DNA from: Candidatus Latescibacterota bacterium
GTDB taxonomy: Bacteria > Latescibacterota > UBA2968 > UBA8231
Reading direction: 5' to 3'
Assembly (NCBI GenBank): GCA_965197905.1
Contig: CBDAOB010000004.1
Location: 640,001 to 704,000, forward strand
DNA: 64,000 nucleotides
In this document: positions 1-11,500 of the stretch, in pieces
How positions within the stretch are numbered: the first letter of the stretch is position 1
Layout of the letters: each line of letters starts with the position of its first letter
Position numbers and translations under genes: made by a program
Notes under the pieces: generated by a model
What the model saw: only the letters and a program-made list of their open reading frames with translations
Database searches by the model: none
What the model was told of the DNA's origin: nothing

Positions 1-661
1 TGAGCAGCGGTTCTACTGCTAGCGACAGCCAGAACGTCATACCCTCGTAGTCATCGATAAGATGCCCGATATGTGCACGATTTTCCGCGGCCCTTTCTTC
101 GTTGTCGAGGTACAATGGTGAAGGTATGTAGCTGAATTTGAAGCGCACAATCTGAGTCGCGGGCCACAGGTTGTGGACGAGCGGCACACTGGCGCCCACG
201 CTGTTGGCAACGAAATCCGGGATGCTGAATCCCCATTGATCGAAATGAGCGTCCCGCATTTCGACTTCGAGCAACGCCACCCAGCTCGTTGCCGTTCCCA
301 GCATCGCGGCCGTGCGAGGTGTGAACCCGCTCCAGTGGAGCGATTCGGTAAGGGTTTGAGCGAGCACCGCGCCTCCCATAAAATGGCCCCACTTGTCGAG
401 GTTGAGGTAGGTGTCGCCCCCCCAGTCGTTGATCCAACGGATCTCGTCCTGTTTCTGACCTTGGTACCAAGCTCGGTCCACGTAACGGTAACCCAGATAA
501 CGAAAGGTGGCGGCCCCGCCTGCAATCAACGCGATCCGGTCGAATCGGACTGCCTTTTTGACGAGGGACCCGTCGTTGTCGGGGTTGCCATCCGGGACGT
601 CGGCAGAAGCGCCGCTAAGAAAGATGGAGAATATGACGATAGTGAGAATGGCTGGGGACAT
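1..661 (-). CDS. DUF2279/YfiM-like membrane or periplasmic protein (partial, runs off window start)
   Basis: Not in the ORF track because it has no stop in the window. Manual translation from ATG at 661: MSPAILTIVIFSIFLSGASAD...AWYQGQ...NDWGGDTYLNLDKWGHFMGG...LLEVEMRDAHFDQWGFSIPDFVANSVG...RFKFSY...IDDYEGMTFWLS. The DKxGH, GFSxxDxxAN and DDYEGxTFWLS motifs are typical of this family. Confidence 0.75.
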   Translation of the reverse strand, partial: MSPAILTIVIFSIFLSGASADVPDGNPDNDGSLVKKAVRFDRIALIAGGAATFRYLGYRYVDRAWYQGQKQDEIRWINDWGGDTYLNLDKWGHFMGGAVLAQTLTESLHWSGFTPRTAAMLGTATSWVALLEVEMRDAHFDQWGFSIPDFVANSVGASVPLVHNLWPATQIVRFKFSYIPSPLYLDNEERAAENRAHIGHLIDDYEGMTFWLSLAVEPLL

Positions 662-837
662 GAGCCGATCGGGTGGAACCACCGCGATATGTAGCGAGTC
701 TTTGTGTAGCAGAGATATTGGCGGTGTGTTACTTTTGAGAAAATCTTGGCCGTGATTGGCCACGGGAAGAACGTCGGGGGAAGTATACGACAAAGGAACG
801 AGCCATACAAAGTGGACGGCTTATTGCAGATGCTCTA

Positions 838-2615
838 TGAATGAGTCAGAGACGCCGTCCTCAACCGCAGAAGTCAAGCGTCGGCGACGCCGGCAGAAAG
901 CTCCTGTGGAGGAGGTGGGCGAGACCCTTTCTCCAGCTGCCCTTCGCGCCCCCACTCCGGCTCAAGCCGACCGCCGCCGACGGATGTGGCCGCGGTGGAA
1001 TCTGGAGAGCCTATCCTCGCTGGGTCTGACGCCCACCTTCAGAGCGTATATCTTCGTCGGCAGCATCGTAGCAATACTCGCTTTCCTGTTGTACAACGAA
1101 TCGATAATCCGTGAGTTTCGCGACGGCGAACGCGGTCGCGTGAAACTGTATGCCGATTTGTACGCGTTTGCCGCCTCACCGCTGGCCACCGGAGAACAAA
1201 CCGAGCTGATCTTCCGGGAAGTACTGACCAATCCCCGGGGCGATTTCCCGATCATATTCACCGACTACAGGGGCGAAATACTCAACTGGAAAGGCGAAGG
1301 GCTTCCCGAACCGAACGACCACTCCGTTACCGCGCAGGAAGAGCTGCGCTCCGCGATCAAGAAGATGGACGCGAAGAACGCCCCTATCCCTTTCGAGATT
1401 TCAGCCACCTCCCTTGGCAAGTTGCTCCACGATTCCAGCAACATGATCGTTCTCGACAGTAACAATCGGGTCGTCGCCTGGCGCGGCACGGACCTGCCAG
1501 CTGAGGAGGATTCTTCCACCGTCGCACTTGGTGTTGTGCAGCGGCTGAAACTGAAGCTGGCGGCGGAGAGCGAACCGCTGGAGTTCGAAATCGGGTCGAA
1601 CGGGCGCAGCTACGTTCACTTCGACGGGAAAGATCTGATCGTCACCGACACGCTCAACGAGGTAGTCGCCTGGCGCGGCGACAACCTCCCTGCCACGGGC
1701 GATTCCACCGCGACCGCGGTGCAGACCGTTGCCGAAGCGGTGCGCCGGATTGCTTCAGATCATGCACCCCTTGCGTTCGAGATCACGTCAACCTATCGCA
1801 ACTTCATTCACTACGGCGATTCTCATTTGCTCAGCCGCATTACCCTGGCGCCCTTCATTCAGATTGGCGTGCTGTTGCTGTTCCTGCTCATCGGCTACGT
1901 CGGGTTTCGCAACATCCGTCGCAGTGAGCAGCGTTCCATCTGGGTCGGAATGGCCAAAGAGACGGCCCATCAGCTTGGGACACCCCTTTCCTCCATTTCA
2001 GGTTGGTTGGAGTTGATTCAAAGTGAAATCGATCTGAATCGGGATTCGCCCGAAAGATTGGAGCAGATTCGCCGCATGATCGGCGAAATGCAGAAGGACA
2101 TGGGGCGTCTCGGCAAGATCGCTTCCCGATTCAGCCAAATAGGATCGATCCCCGAGCTAAGATTGGCGGACGTGGGAACGGTTTTGGAGGAGACCATTAC
2201 CTATTTCCGTGACCGCGGACCGCAGTTCGGCAAACATCAGATCCGCATCGATCGTGGAGATGAGCTGCCAGCAGTGCCGCTGAACGCCGAGCTAATGAGC
2301 TGGGTTTTCGAGAATCTGTTCAAGAATGCCATGGACGCCATCGGCCGCAAACCGGGAGAAATCGAAGTCCGCGTTCGGCCCGCTGATGGCGACAAGGGTG
2401 TCAATATCACTTTTCAAGACAACGGATGTGGAATCTCCGCGGAGAATGTGAGTAGAGTATTCGAACCCGGGTTCAGCACGAAGAAGCGCGGTTGGGGCCT
2501 GGGATTGGCATTTGTCAAACGCATAGTAGAGGAGTATCACAAGGGGAAAATAGCCATCGCGAGGAGTACACCGGACGAAGGTACGGTGATCGAAATTAAC
2601 TTGCCCCCGGGCTAA
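838..2615 (+). CDS. Membrane sensor histidine kinase with triplicated extracytoplasmic unit
   Basis: Two TM segments, H-box AKETAHQLGTPLSS, N-box ENLFKNAMDA, G1 DNGCG, F-box FEPGFSTK, G2 GWGLGL. Start taken at ATG 838; the ORF extends upstream to 756. Confidence 0.93.
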
Positions 2616-2638
2616 CAACCGAAAGGTTCATTTCTCCA

Positions 2639-4198
2639 ATGGAAGCAACCAAACGCAGAATTCTCTGGGCCGACGACGAAATCGATCTCTTGCGCTCCCA
2701 CCATCTCTTCCTCGACGAGAAAGGTTTCGCGGTAACCCCGGTCACCAACGGTGAAGATGCCATCGCTCTCATGCAGAACGAACAGTTCGACATCGTCCTG
2801 CTGGATGAGATGATGCCGGGATTGGACGGCCTGTCGACCCTTGAGCAGATCAAAGGCCTCGATCCCAACGTCCCGGTTATCATGATTACCAAGAATGAAG
2901 AAGGGCGATTGATGAACGAAGCCATCGGCCGCCGCATCGACGACTATCTGACCAAGCCGGTCAACCCGAGTCAGATTTTCCTGGCATGCAAGAAGATTCT
3001 AGACGCTCGGCAGATTCGCCAGAGTCAAGCGGGACAGACGTACGTTTCGAAAGCGAGCCAGATAAACGCGTGGCTAGGCGAAAAAATTACCTGGCAGACG
3101 TGGATCAACATCCATCGCCTCATTTCCGAATGGGAGATAGAGATCGCTCACCTGGGTGATCGGCAGTTGAACCAAATGATCGAGGATCAGAAGAAGGAGT
3201 GCAATCACGAGTTTGGGCGCTTCATCGAACGCAACTACGTCAATTGGGTTCAGAGCGAGGAGGACTCTCCGCCCCTTTCCGTCGATATCGTCCCCGAATT
3301 CGTACATCCGCTGCTGGAGCGCGGAAGGCAGGTGTTCTTCATCGTAGTCGATTGTCTGCGGCTCGATCACTGGATGATCATGGAGCCGCTTCTATCCGAG
3401 CTTTTCAACATTAAACGCTCGTATCACTATTCCATCATACCGTCGGCCACGCCCTTCTCGCGCAATTCAATCTTCAGTGGGTTGTTCCCGAGCGAAATAG
3501 AGCAGAAATATTCGAATATCTGGCAATCGGCGCAGGACAACGAGCACAGTCTGAACCGCCACGAACATCAATTTATCGACGATCAACTGGCCGAGCTGGG
3601 GTTGAAGCTCAAGTCAACCCATTATACCAAGGTTCTGGACGTCAACGAAGGAAACAATTTCGCTCGGCGTGTTCCGTCACTGAACAGCGTGCCGCTGGTC
3701 TGCGTCGTTTACAACTTCCTCGACATGCTGGTTCACGGTAGAGCCCAATCCGACCTGCTGAAGGAGATCGCTCCCGATGAGGGTGCGTTCAGATCGCTTG
3801 TGCACTCGTGGTTCGAACATTCTTCGTTGTATGCTGCCTTGCAACAGATCGCGCAGTTGGACGCTACTGTAGTTGTGACTACCGATCATGGCGCCATTCG
3901 CGGAACCAGGGCCAGCGTCGTGCATGGTGATCGGCAGACCTCCACAAATCTGCGCTACAAATATGGCAAGAATCTGCGTTGCGATAAGAAAGAGGCCGTG
4001 TTCATCGACGATCCGCCGCAGTTCGGTTTGCCGCAGCTGGGGCTGGGATCGACCTTCGCTATCGCCAAAGACGACTTCTACTTCGTCTATCCCACCAACT
4101 TCAACGAGTATCAGCGCCAGTACAAAGATAGCTTCCAACACGGTGGCATATCGCTGGACGAGCTCATTCTTCCGGTCGCTATCTTGGACCCGAAATAG
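2639..4198 (+). CDS. PorX-like response regulator (REC + PglZ/alkaline-phosphatase-like domain)
   Basis: REC motifs ILWADDE, LLDEMMPG, ITK, YLTKP. PglZ-like motifs VVDCLRLD, SATPFSRN, NFLDMLVH, TTDHG, SFQHGG. Lies directly upstream of tsaE. Confidence 0.88.
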   Translation: MEATKRRILWADDEIDLLRSHHLFLDEKGFAVTPVTNGEDAIALMQNEQFDIVLLDEMMPGLDGLSTLEQIKGLDPNVPVIMITKNEEGRLMNEAIGRRIDDYLTKPVNPSQIFLACKKILDARQIRQSQAGQTYVSKASQINAWLGEKITWQTWINIHRLISEWEIEIAHLGDRQLNQMIEDQKKECNHEFGRFIERNYVNWVQSEEDSPPLSVDIVPEFVHPLLERGRQVFFIVVDCLRLDHWMIMEPLLSELFNIKRSYHYSIIPSATPFSRNSIFSGLFPSEIEQKYSNIWQSAQDNEHSLNRHEHQFIDDQLAELGLKLKSTHYTKVLDVNEGNNFARRVPSLNSVPLVCVVYNFLDMLVHGRAQSDLLKEIAPDEGAFRSLVHSWFEHSSLYAALQQIAQLDATVVVTTDHGAIRGTRASVVHGDRQTSTNLRYKYGKNLRCDKKEAVFIDDPPQFGLPQLGLGSTFAIAKDDFYFVYPTNFNEYQRQYKDSFQHGGISLDELILPVAILDPK

Positions 4199-4204
4199 TC
4201 CGCC

Positions 4205-4669
4205 ATGCCCGACGACGGTTCGGTGCTGACCGGTTCGCCCGAAGAGACCCAACAACTGGGCCGGGAACTCGCCGCCGAGCTCGTCGCTGGTGATGTGATA
4301 GCACTCACCGGCAACCTGGGCAGTGGCAAGACCTGTATGATTCAGGGTATCTGCCGGGGACTTGGGGTCTGCGATTACGTAAACAGCCCCACATTTGTGC
4401 TCGCAAACGAGTACGAGGGAATCCTAGGCGGACAGCCCATAACGGTTTTTCACCTGGATCTTTACCGTCTCACCCGCAGAACGGAGCTTGAAGATCTGGG
4501 CGCGGAGGAGTATTTTTACGGGCAAGGCATCTGTCTGGTAGAATGGGCTGACCGGGCAGAGGGCCTTTTACCCCTGAACCGACGGGACGTGCAGCTCGAA
4601 TACCTGGGTGATGACCAGCGACGCGTTACTGTGAAACACCTGACTCCCCGATCGTCTCCACAGACATAG
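4205..4669 (+). CDS. tsaE: tRNA threonylcarbamoyladenosine biosynthesis ATPase TsaE
   Basis: GNLGSGKT Walker A, VNSPTF, HLDLYRL, LVEWAD. Confidence 0.95.
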   Translation: MPDDGSVLTGSPEETQQLGRELAAELVAGDVIALTGNLGSGKTCMIQGICRGLGVCDYVNSPTFVLANEYEGILGGQPITVFHLDLYRLTRRTELEDLGAEEYFYGQGICLVEWADRAEGLLPLNRRDVQLEYLGDDQRRVTVKHLTPRSSPQT

Positions 4670-4683
4670 GGACTGTCGATAGT

Positions 4684-5493
4684 TTGCGACGGTCCCGCTC
4701 CCTGTTTTCGAAAAGAACATCGCACTTGAAATCGACGATCTTCCAAAGGGTCGCGACCTGCCTACCAGTGCTGGTCGCGATCTCGGGACTGGCAATCGCT
4801 CGTCCGTTGGCCGCGTCAGAGCTGTTCCGCCTGATCGATAGCCCGACGGCCGGCTTGGTGAGCAAGGGGCGCTTCGGTCTGGACCTGCGGTTGTTTCCGA
4901 ACGGCGGTCTCGCCGCGGCTATACATGCTGGTGCGTTAGAGCGACTGACCATCGGCCTGGCGTTTGGCGGCGAGCAGATCATCGGCAATCGCTCGATTGA
5001 GTGGTATCCTCGGCTCGAGGCTAGCATACGCTATCGTTTGATCGAGGAGAGCACCCTGCTTCCTGCGGCGGCGGTCGGCTATGAAACCCAAGGCTACGGA
5101 TCGCATCAAAACAAGAGATACCAAATCAAGTCGAAGGGTTTGTTTCTGGCACTCAGCAAGAACTACGCTTCTGGCCTCGGCCAGTTCGCCGTTCATGGGG
5201 GCCTCAACTTGAGCAGGGAAAACGAGGATGGCGACGAAGACCTGTCGGGGTGGCTCGGACTCGACAAGAGCATGAACGACGAGCTCGTGGTTGTTGCGGA
5301 GTATGACTTCGCCTTCAACGACAACAGCCGCCAATCGTTGGGTTCAGGTGACGGGTATCTGAACAGCGGAGTCCGGTGGAGCATCATCCCGCAACTGACA
5401 CTGGGATTCTATCACAAGAACCTACTGAAGAGTGGGGTGCGTGGAACCGATTTGAGTCGCGAGTTGTCTGTTCTCTACACGGAAGGATTTTAA
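4684..5493 (+). CDS. Outer-membrane beta-barrel protein (YjbH-like)
   Basis: Signal-like N-terminus, LIDSPTAG motif, amphipathic strands, C-terminal F. Start uncertain (TTG 4684 or 4726). Confidence 0.6.
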   Translation: MRRSRSLFSKRTSHLKSTIFQRVATCLPVLVAISGLAIARPLAASELFRLIDSPTAGLVSKGRFGLDLRLFPNGGLAAAIHAGALERLTIGLAFGGEQIIGNRSIEWYPRLEASIRYRLIEESTLLPAAAVGYETQGYGSHQNKRYQIKSKGLFLALSKNYASGLGQFAVHGGLNLSRENEDGDEDLSGWLGLDKSMNDELVVVAEYDFAFNDNSRQSLGSGDGYLNSGVRWSIIPQLTLGFYHKNLLKSGVRGTDLSRELSVLYTEGF

Positions 5494-6809
5494 TGACGCT
5501 GGTATTCGTTCTCGTCCTGGTCATGACCTGCGGTGCCGTCGGGGGTCAGGAACGCCTGATCGGCAGTTTCTCTGGGCCGGGCGTGCGTGCCATGGGCATG
5601 GGCGGAGCGTACATCGCCATTGCTGACGACTTTACTGCGACCTTTTGGAATCCCGCGGGACTGACTCAGATCAAAAATAAAGCGGTCTACGCGGCGTTCC
5701 TGCGCAACTCGTTTGACAACGAAGCGCACCGGCAGGATTTCAACCGGACGCAAAGCGAGGTGGAAAACACCAGTTTCGGATCGCTGGGGGTGGTCTACCC
5801 CTACCCTGTCTATCGTGGCAGTCTCGTATGGGCTGCCGGGTTCAACAGAACCAACGACTTCGATTCGGTAATTCGCATCCAGGGCTTCAGCGGAATCGAT
5901 AGTCTTCAGGTGGACAACACCTTCAGCCACGAGGGGCAGCTGGGGGCCATAGCGCTTGCCGGCGCGATCGATGTATCGCCGGCCGTGGCGCTCGGGCTGA
6001 CGATAAACCTCTTATCAGGTGAAGACGAGAATATTCGCGAGTTCACGTGGGAGGACACCGAAGATTATTACGTCGAGCGAAAATGGGTTGCTCGTGACGT
6101 ATTCCTGGATGACTACGACACCTCGTTCAGCACCACGCTTGGGGCCCACGTTCGGTCCTCGGCGGAGAATCCAAAGGTTCGATTCGGCGCCACCGTAACC
6201 ACGGGATCGACACATAACATCAGTTATTCATTCAAGGCGGTACCGGATGGGGGTTTCAACCTGATCGAATACGATGACGGGAGCGATCCCGATACCAACC
6301 TGAACGTCATCGAGGACGACTCCTACAAGATCTCATTGCCGTTGCAGTTCGGGGCCGGCGTTGCCGTCGAACCACAACCGGGCGTTTTGCTGTCCCTCGG
6401 TGCGCAGGTGGCCGAGTGGTCACAGAGCGACTACAAAGGCCGCGACGAGGATGATTTGCGGGCGAATGCCACATTCGATACCCAGTACGAGGATGTAATC
6501 CGCTACCACATTGGGGTTGAGTACATGGTCCCCCAGGTAACGCTCGATCTGCGCGCTGGCTTCTATACCGACCCGCTGCCATTCGTCGGACCGAGGAATG
6601 CGGAGCTCAGCGTAGACCCGGACACCAATCCCCTCATCATCGTCAAACAAGACCGGCGTTATTTCACCCTGGGAGCTGGAATGCTCTTCGATCGTGTACT
6701 TCAAGTAGATCTCGCTTGGACCAGAGGTAGTTTCGAGCAAGTTGAAGGTATCGACAGCGAGAAGAGCACGGTGAGCCGCTTCTTCGTCTCGGGTGGATAT
6801 CAATTTTGA
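5493..6809 (+). CDS. OmpP1/FadL-like outer membrane transporter
   Basis: GVRAMGMGGAYIAIADDFTATFWNPAGL hatch motif, C-terminal YQF. ATG overlaps the upstream TAA (TAATG). Confidence 0.82.
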   Translation: MTLVFVLVLVMTCGAVGGQERLIGSFSGPGVRAMGMGGAYIAIADDFTATFWNPAGLTQIKNKAVYAAFLRNSFDNEAHRQDFNRTQSEVENTSFGSLGVVYPYPVYRGSLVWAAGFNRTNDFDSVIRIQGFSGIDSLQVDNTFSHEGQLGAIALAGAIDVSPAVALGLTINLLSGEDENIREFTWEDTEDYYVERKWVARDVFLDDYDTSFSTTLGAHVRSSAENPKVRFGATVTTGSTHNISYSFKAVPDGGFNLIEYDDGSDPDTNLNVIEDDSYKISLPLQFGAGVAVEPQPGVLLSLGAQVAEWSQSDYKGRDEDDLRANATFDTQYEDVIRYHIGVEYMVPQVTLDLRAGFYTDPLPFVGPRNAELSVDPDTNPLIIVKQDRRYFTLGAGMLFDRVLQVDLAWTRGSFEQVEGIDSEKSTVSRFFVSGGYQF

Positions 6810-7031
6810 GTCGATAATACGTAACATACTGTAATTACTTGTTTTAGAAATATTTTGTCCGGAAACGAGAAAATTTAACTGACACCGACTATAGATTTGT
6901 TTGACGGTTGACCCGAGTTTTGTTAATTATAGCTTTGAGTTGAAAAACCGAAATAAGTACATGGAACCGAGTGCCGGTTTCTTGTGTTCTACATAGTGGA
7001 GCAGAAGATGCCATCGAGAAAGTGGGGAACC

Positions 7032-7748
7032 ATGAAATCGAAATCACTGATAACGTGCCTCGTATCTGCCGCGTTTGTGTTGAGTGGTTGTTACACCACG
7101 CTACATGGGCCGCGTATGGCGACGGATGTTGCCTCACAGGAAGAGGAAGCGTACGCCGACTGGGATGAGAACAATGTGCGCTTGAGCCGCTTCCAGGGTA
7201 ATGTCGATCCATGGAACGACTTCTATTATCCAGAGCCCAATGGCTACGGGCAGGGAGCGTATGGCGCCCTTGGTGGGTATGGAGGTTTCCCGATCTTCGG
7301 GTACGATTCCCGCAACGGTCTCTACGGCGCCGGCGGAGGGCCCGGAGGTTATTCGCCTTATGGTTCTGCCTACGATCCGTACAATGGATACGGTGGTGGG
7401 CCGTACGGATACGGCGCGGATCCCTACTACTACGACTCTGGCGGTGCTTACATCCCGCCGGGCTACGAGTTGGTGACAATCTCCGAGCTGGATCAGCTGA
7501 GGGCAGCGCAGAACTCGCTGTCGACGCCATCCGCGCCCACCTCCGACCTCGATGCACTCACCCTGAGGCGGGAGAAGCAACGAAAACGCGATTACGTTTG
7601 GGAGCAGCGCGCTACCCCGACCCGTTCGGCGCCACCGAAAACGGTCAGAACGGCACCCGCGGGATCGACAGGAGAGGCGTCGTCGTCCTCGTCCAAGACA
7701 ACATCCGGGAAATCGAGCGGCAAGCCAAAGCGCCGCGGCGGTCGCTGA
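7032..7748 (+). CDS. Gly/Tyr/Pro-rich lipoprotein
   Basis: Lipobox VLSG-C after MKSKSLITCLVSAAF; GY-rich low-complexity middle; basic tail. Confidence 0.7.
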   Translation: MKSKSLITCLVSAAFVLSGCYTTLHGPRMATDVASQEEEAYADWDENNVRLSRFQGNVDPWNDFYYPEPNGYGQGAYGALGGYGGFPIFGYDSRNGLYGAGGGPGGYSPYGSAYDPYNGYGGGPYGYGADPYYYDSGGAYIPPGYELVTISELDQLRAAQNSLSTPSAPTSDLDALTLRREKQRKRDYVWEQRATPTRSAPPKTVRTAPAGSTGEASSSSSKTTSGKSSGKPKRRGGR

Positions 7749-7769
7749 TCGAATCGACTACAAGAGGAT

Positions 7770-7810
7770 AAAAAAAGGGCGGTGGAGCAAGCTCCACCGC
7801 CCTTTTTCTT
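7770..7810. terminator. Bidirectional rho-independent terminator
   Basis: A-run, then inverted repeat GGGCGGTGGAGC / GCTCCACCGCCC, then T-run, lying between convergent genes. Confidence 0.9.
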
Positions 7811-7829
7811 GTACCGGATATAGCGTCGT

Positions 7830-8522
7830 CTAGTCGCCGCTGATCTCGAATTCCCGCTGTTGCACCCGGGGAGGGGGCGCCACCAAAAACAGAAACCTGC
7901 GAACCGAAGTCCCTACGGTCGTCAGGAGCTGGCGCTCCGCCTGGTCGGAACCGCCGCCGAAAAGCTGGAGCTGAATCGGCTGGAAGTTGCGCTGCTGACC
8001 CGAACGGCGCCACACCTTGCCGGTGTGCAGATTGACCAGGCTCAACTGTATTTCCACGTTCATATCCATAGCCGGGTTCGGACCGAGAGCACCGCTATAA
8101 GGCGACGGCGTCACCGGCAGCATACGCGTCTGTAGACCGTTGAGTTCCACGTATACCATCGCGTCGATATTCATCTCTTCCCGGAAAGCGGTCCGCATTT
8201 CCTCGGTGTAGACCCGTCCCGAGTCGAGCTTAGTCTCCTTGAAATGCCAGATAATCTCATCCTGTGACACTACGGTGGTTTCCCTCATATTGCTGAGGCC
8301 GCGAGCCATCCCATCAGCCAACCGCGCCATCACCTTTTCGATGTCCAGTTGCCGAAATGGTTCGATGTTGGTTATGCAGAGAATCCCGATCCGCTCCACG
8401 TCCTCGAGAAGTGGCCGCAGAACCGGATTCGGCCTGGACGGGGCACGAAATTCAACGGTCTTGAAGCCGCCCGGGGTGGCACATCCGCACCAGAGCAGCA
8501 GGCACGGAATGACAATCTTCAC
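7830..8522 (-). CDS. Putative lipoprotein
   Basis: Probable GTG start at 8522 (VKIVIPCLLLWCGC-ATPG, lipobox-like). The longer ORF to 8957 overlaps the Omp85 gene and is not credible upstream. Confidence 0.6.
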   Translation of the reverse strand: MKIVIPCLLLWCGCATPGGFKTVEFRAPSRPNPVLRPLLEDVERIGILCITNIEPFRQLDIEKVMARLADGMARGLSNMRETTVVSQDEIIWHFKETKLDSGRVYTEEMRTAFREEMNIDAMVYVELNGLQTRMLPVTPSPYSGALGPNPAMDMNVEIQLSLVNLHTGKVWRRSGQQRNFQPIQLQLFGGGSDQAERQLLTTVGTSVRRFLFLVAPPPRVQQREFEISGD

Positions 8523-8542
8523 AGAATGGAGTGAGAGTCGGA

Positions 8543-11500
8543 TCAAAAGCTCTGACCGAAACTGAAGTGAAAGCGGTAGTCGGAGTAGTTGCCCTGAAGA
8601 TCGGTTTGTTTCGCCCATTCGAGGTTCATTGGCAGGATGAAATAAACCATCAATCCGAATCCGACACTTGCGCGCAGGTTCCTTTTGCCGAGCGGTTCGA
8701 ATTGAGCATGGGGATCGTAGAGCGGCCACAGGTTGATTTCGTCCCCTTCGTTCCAGGCGGTCCCCATGTCGAGAAACGCTGTACCGTCGATGGCCGGGAT
8801 GACGAAGGATCCGGGCCAACCGAACGCGATGCCGCGGATGAACGGAACGCGCAGTTCGGCGTTCATCAACGCCACTCGGCTCCCCTGCAATTCGGACCAC
8901 CCGTACCCGCGCAATGGTCCGGTGTTCAGATTGAACCCCGCGTAGAATGGCTGCCACCAGGCTGGGCCGCCGAGATTGTAGCGCAGGGAATTGCGCCCCA
9001 GCGATCCGACGCCGGAGAATCTCGTGCCGAGCACCGACCAGCGGCCGAGGCGAAAATAGTGACGATAGTCGAGCTCTACATGGGAGAAGGATCGGCTATC
9101 TGCGGAAATATCCAGGGTGCGGCCGGCTGAAAGGAAATAACGCTTCCCTGCAGTCGGGCCCAACAGGCCGTAGGTGATGGAATCGTGCACGTACGCCGCT
9201 TTCAACAGGTGGGTACTGGTCGAGAGAACATCATCTGTTTGGGGGGTTCGACGCAGGCCGGAATAAACCTCCTCTTCCCTCTCGCCGACGAAGGTGTAAT
9301 TGAAATCAACCCGGCGATAGATATCGACGGGATAAGACATGTCCAGGATTACTCCGCGCTGCGAGCTCCTGACGATATTTCCACCGGCTCTTCCGAACGG
9401 ATCGCTGCTGAAGAACTGGTTCCAGTTGAACACCGCGGCGCTGTAGGTGGGTCGTCCGCCATAATACTGGTAGGAGCCGGCGAAATTAAAGTCGTTGCTG
9501 ATGTCCTGTGACGCGACGTAGTCGGTATAGAGAGCGAGGAAGTGATTGCCCAGCAGGTCACTCATGCTGAGTTGAGCGACAGATGAGAGAAATCCTCCCG
9601 ATGAATACCCCATCTGAAGGCTCACACCTTCGAATTCGAGCTTGGGAACGTATCGCCGTTTCGTCAGCTCACCCGTGGGGTTCTGTGCGGCTTCGAGCCC
9701 CGGTTCATTCTCGGCAGGCAACGTCGTCGCGGGACTGCCCGTACTATTCTCCAGCTGCGCGACACCCTGCGACATGTCCGCCAGGAGTACCGGGACGCTT
9801 TCGGCGGTGCCGGTCCGATTGCCCCCGTCGGCGCCGTCGCCTCTTTTCGAAAAATGGGCGCTGCTGGTCGCCATCGCGGTAGTATCGGCTGCTTGATACG
9901 CAAGCTGGGGAGTCGGTTCGTCACCGTGTTGTGGCACCCCCTCTTCACCCTTGGCGCGCGCAAGAAGGTCGCTGTGGGTGCGTTCCAGCTCCGGTCCGTC
10001 GGGGATGTCCATCCGGTACAACTCTCGTTTCCCCTGGTAGTAGGTGCTGAAAACAACCTGCTGACCGTCAGGAGAAAGATCGGGACTCATGATTCCACTG
10101 AGCGTCCGAGTCAACCGATACTCGCGACCACTGTCCAAATCGAAGACAAACAGATCGTTGATCTTGTCCCGCGTGGACACGAAAAGAAGCTTCTTCCCGT
10201 CGGGAAACCAACGAGGCCACATATCGTCGGTGGGCGATTGAACAACGGTGCGAGTTTTCCCAGTTTCGAAATCGTAGACCTTTACGTCGAACTGACCTTC
10301 ATGTTTACTGCAATAGGCGAGGTATCTTCCGTCGGGTGAAAAAGCGGGGTGATCGTCTCGCTGCGGGGTACCCGTAATCTGCGTCAGATCTCCACTGGAA
10401 ATATCGACTGTGTAGAGATCGCTTTGGCCGTAGCCGCTGCCCACGAATACGATTCGCTGGCTTTCGATGTCGAAGTCCAGCGCTTCGATGACCTCCAGAC
10501 CCTCGAAATCGATCTGCCGTTTCAGCTTCTTATCGTACAGCTCCCACAGCAGTATTTGATCCCGGGAACCCTTCTTGGCTACGAAGGCGATGGTGTGTCC
10601 GTCAGGCGCCCATGCCACCGTGCCTGAACCGAACGTCAGGTGGTCGTAGTCCGCAGCATGCATCCCGGTGGTGACCCGTTCAACCAGCGATCCGTCCCGC
10701 AAGCGGATGATGTCCACATGCTGTTCGATCGCATCGGAGGAGAGCACCGCCAGCATGTCACCGCTGAGGGACCACTTGGGCGCAGCATACGATTGGTACG
10801 GATTGTCAGGTTCGGCGACGCGTTTGCCGATTTCGGATATGTAATCGCGAGACTGGAGCAACGGCCAGTACTGTTTGCGCATATGTGCGGACCAACGCTC
10901 GTGGAGATCGCCCATATCGAGGCCCACCAGTCGCTCGAGAAGCCTGTCAGAGTCATTCTGACTATCCCAGAGTCGAAGAATGCGACTGATCTTCTCGGGC
11001 CCGTAGTTGTCGGCGATATACTCCATCAAGCTGTGGCTCTGTTTGTATCCCAGAAAAACGTTGCCGGTGCCCCACGCTGCGTTCATCACTTCAAGCGGAA
11101 TGAGCTGGTCAGTTAGAACGGCGTCGCGCAGCACCATCTCGTCGATGGTGTTGCGGCCCGGCGTGGTATACTCGGCCTGCCCCTCCATAATCCAGGTGGG
11201 CGGCGCGCTCAACGGGTTGGACAGGCGTTTGATGGGACCCTTGTAGAGAATGTCGTATTGGAAGATGTGGGTCAGCTCGTGCACCAGGACATTGCGGAAC
11301 TCGTCGAGGTCACCGGAAAACGGAATCACCATTCTATAGCGGAGCGGCTCGGCGAAACCGGCGACACCCGGGGGCAGGAATTCGTGAATGATGTTGGTTT
11401 GCTGAAACTCGTAGTGCGACTTGAAAATTACGACGGGAGGGCGGTGAGAGAGATCGTGATGGAGAATCTCACTGATGTGATCGTACCCCTCCTCCAAATA

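Noticed and set aside
173..694. 173-aa plus-strand ORF
   Set aside because: It is the codon-aligned antisense shadow of the DUF2279-like gene on the minus strand.
6810..6960. AT-rich intergenic stretch as an ncRNA or defined promoter
   Set aside because: TTGAC hexamers are present but there is no convincing -10 at canonical spacing and no recognisable RNA structure.
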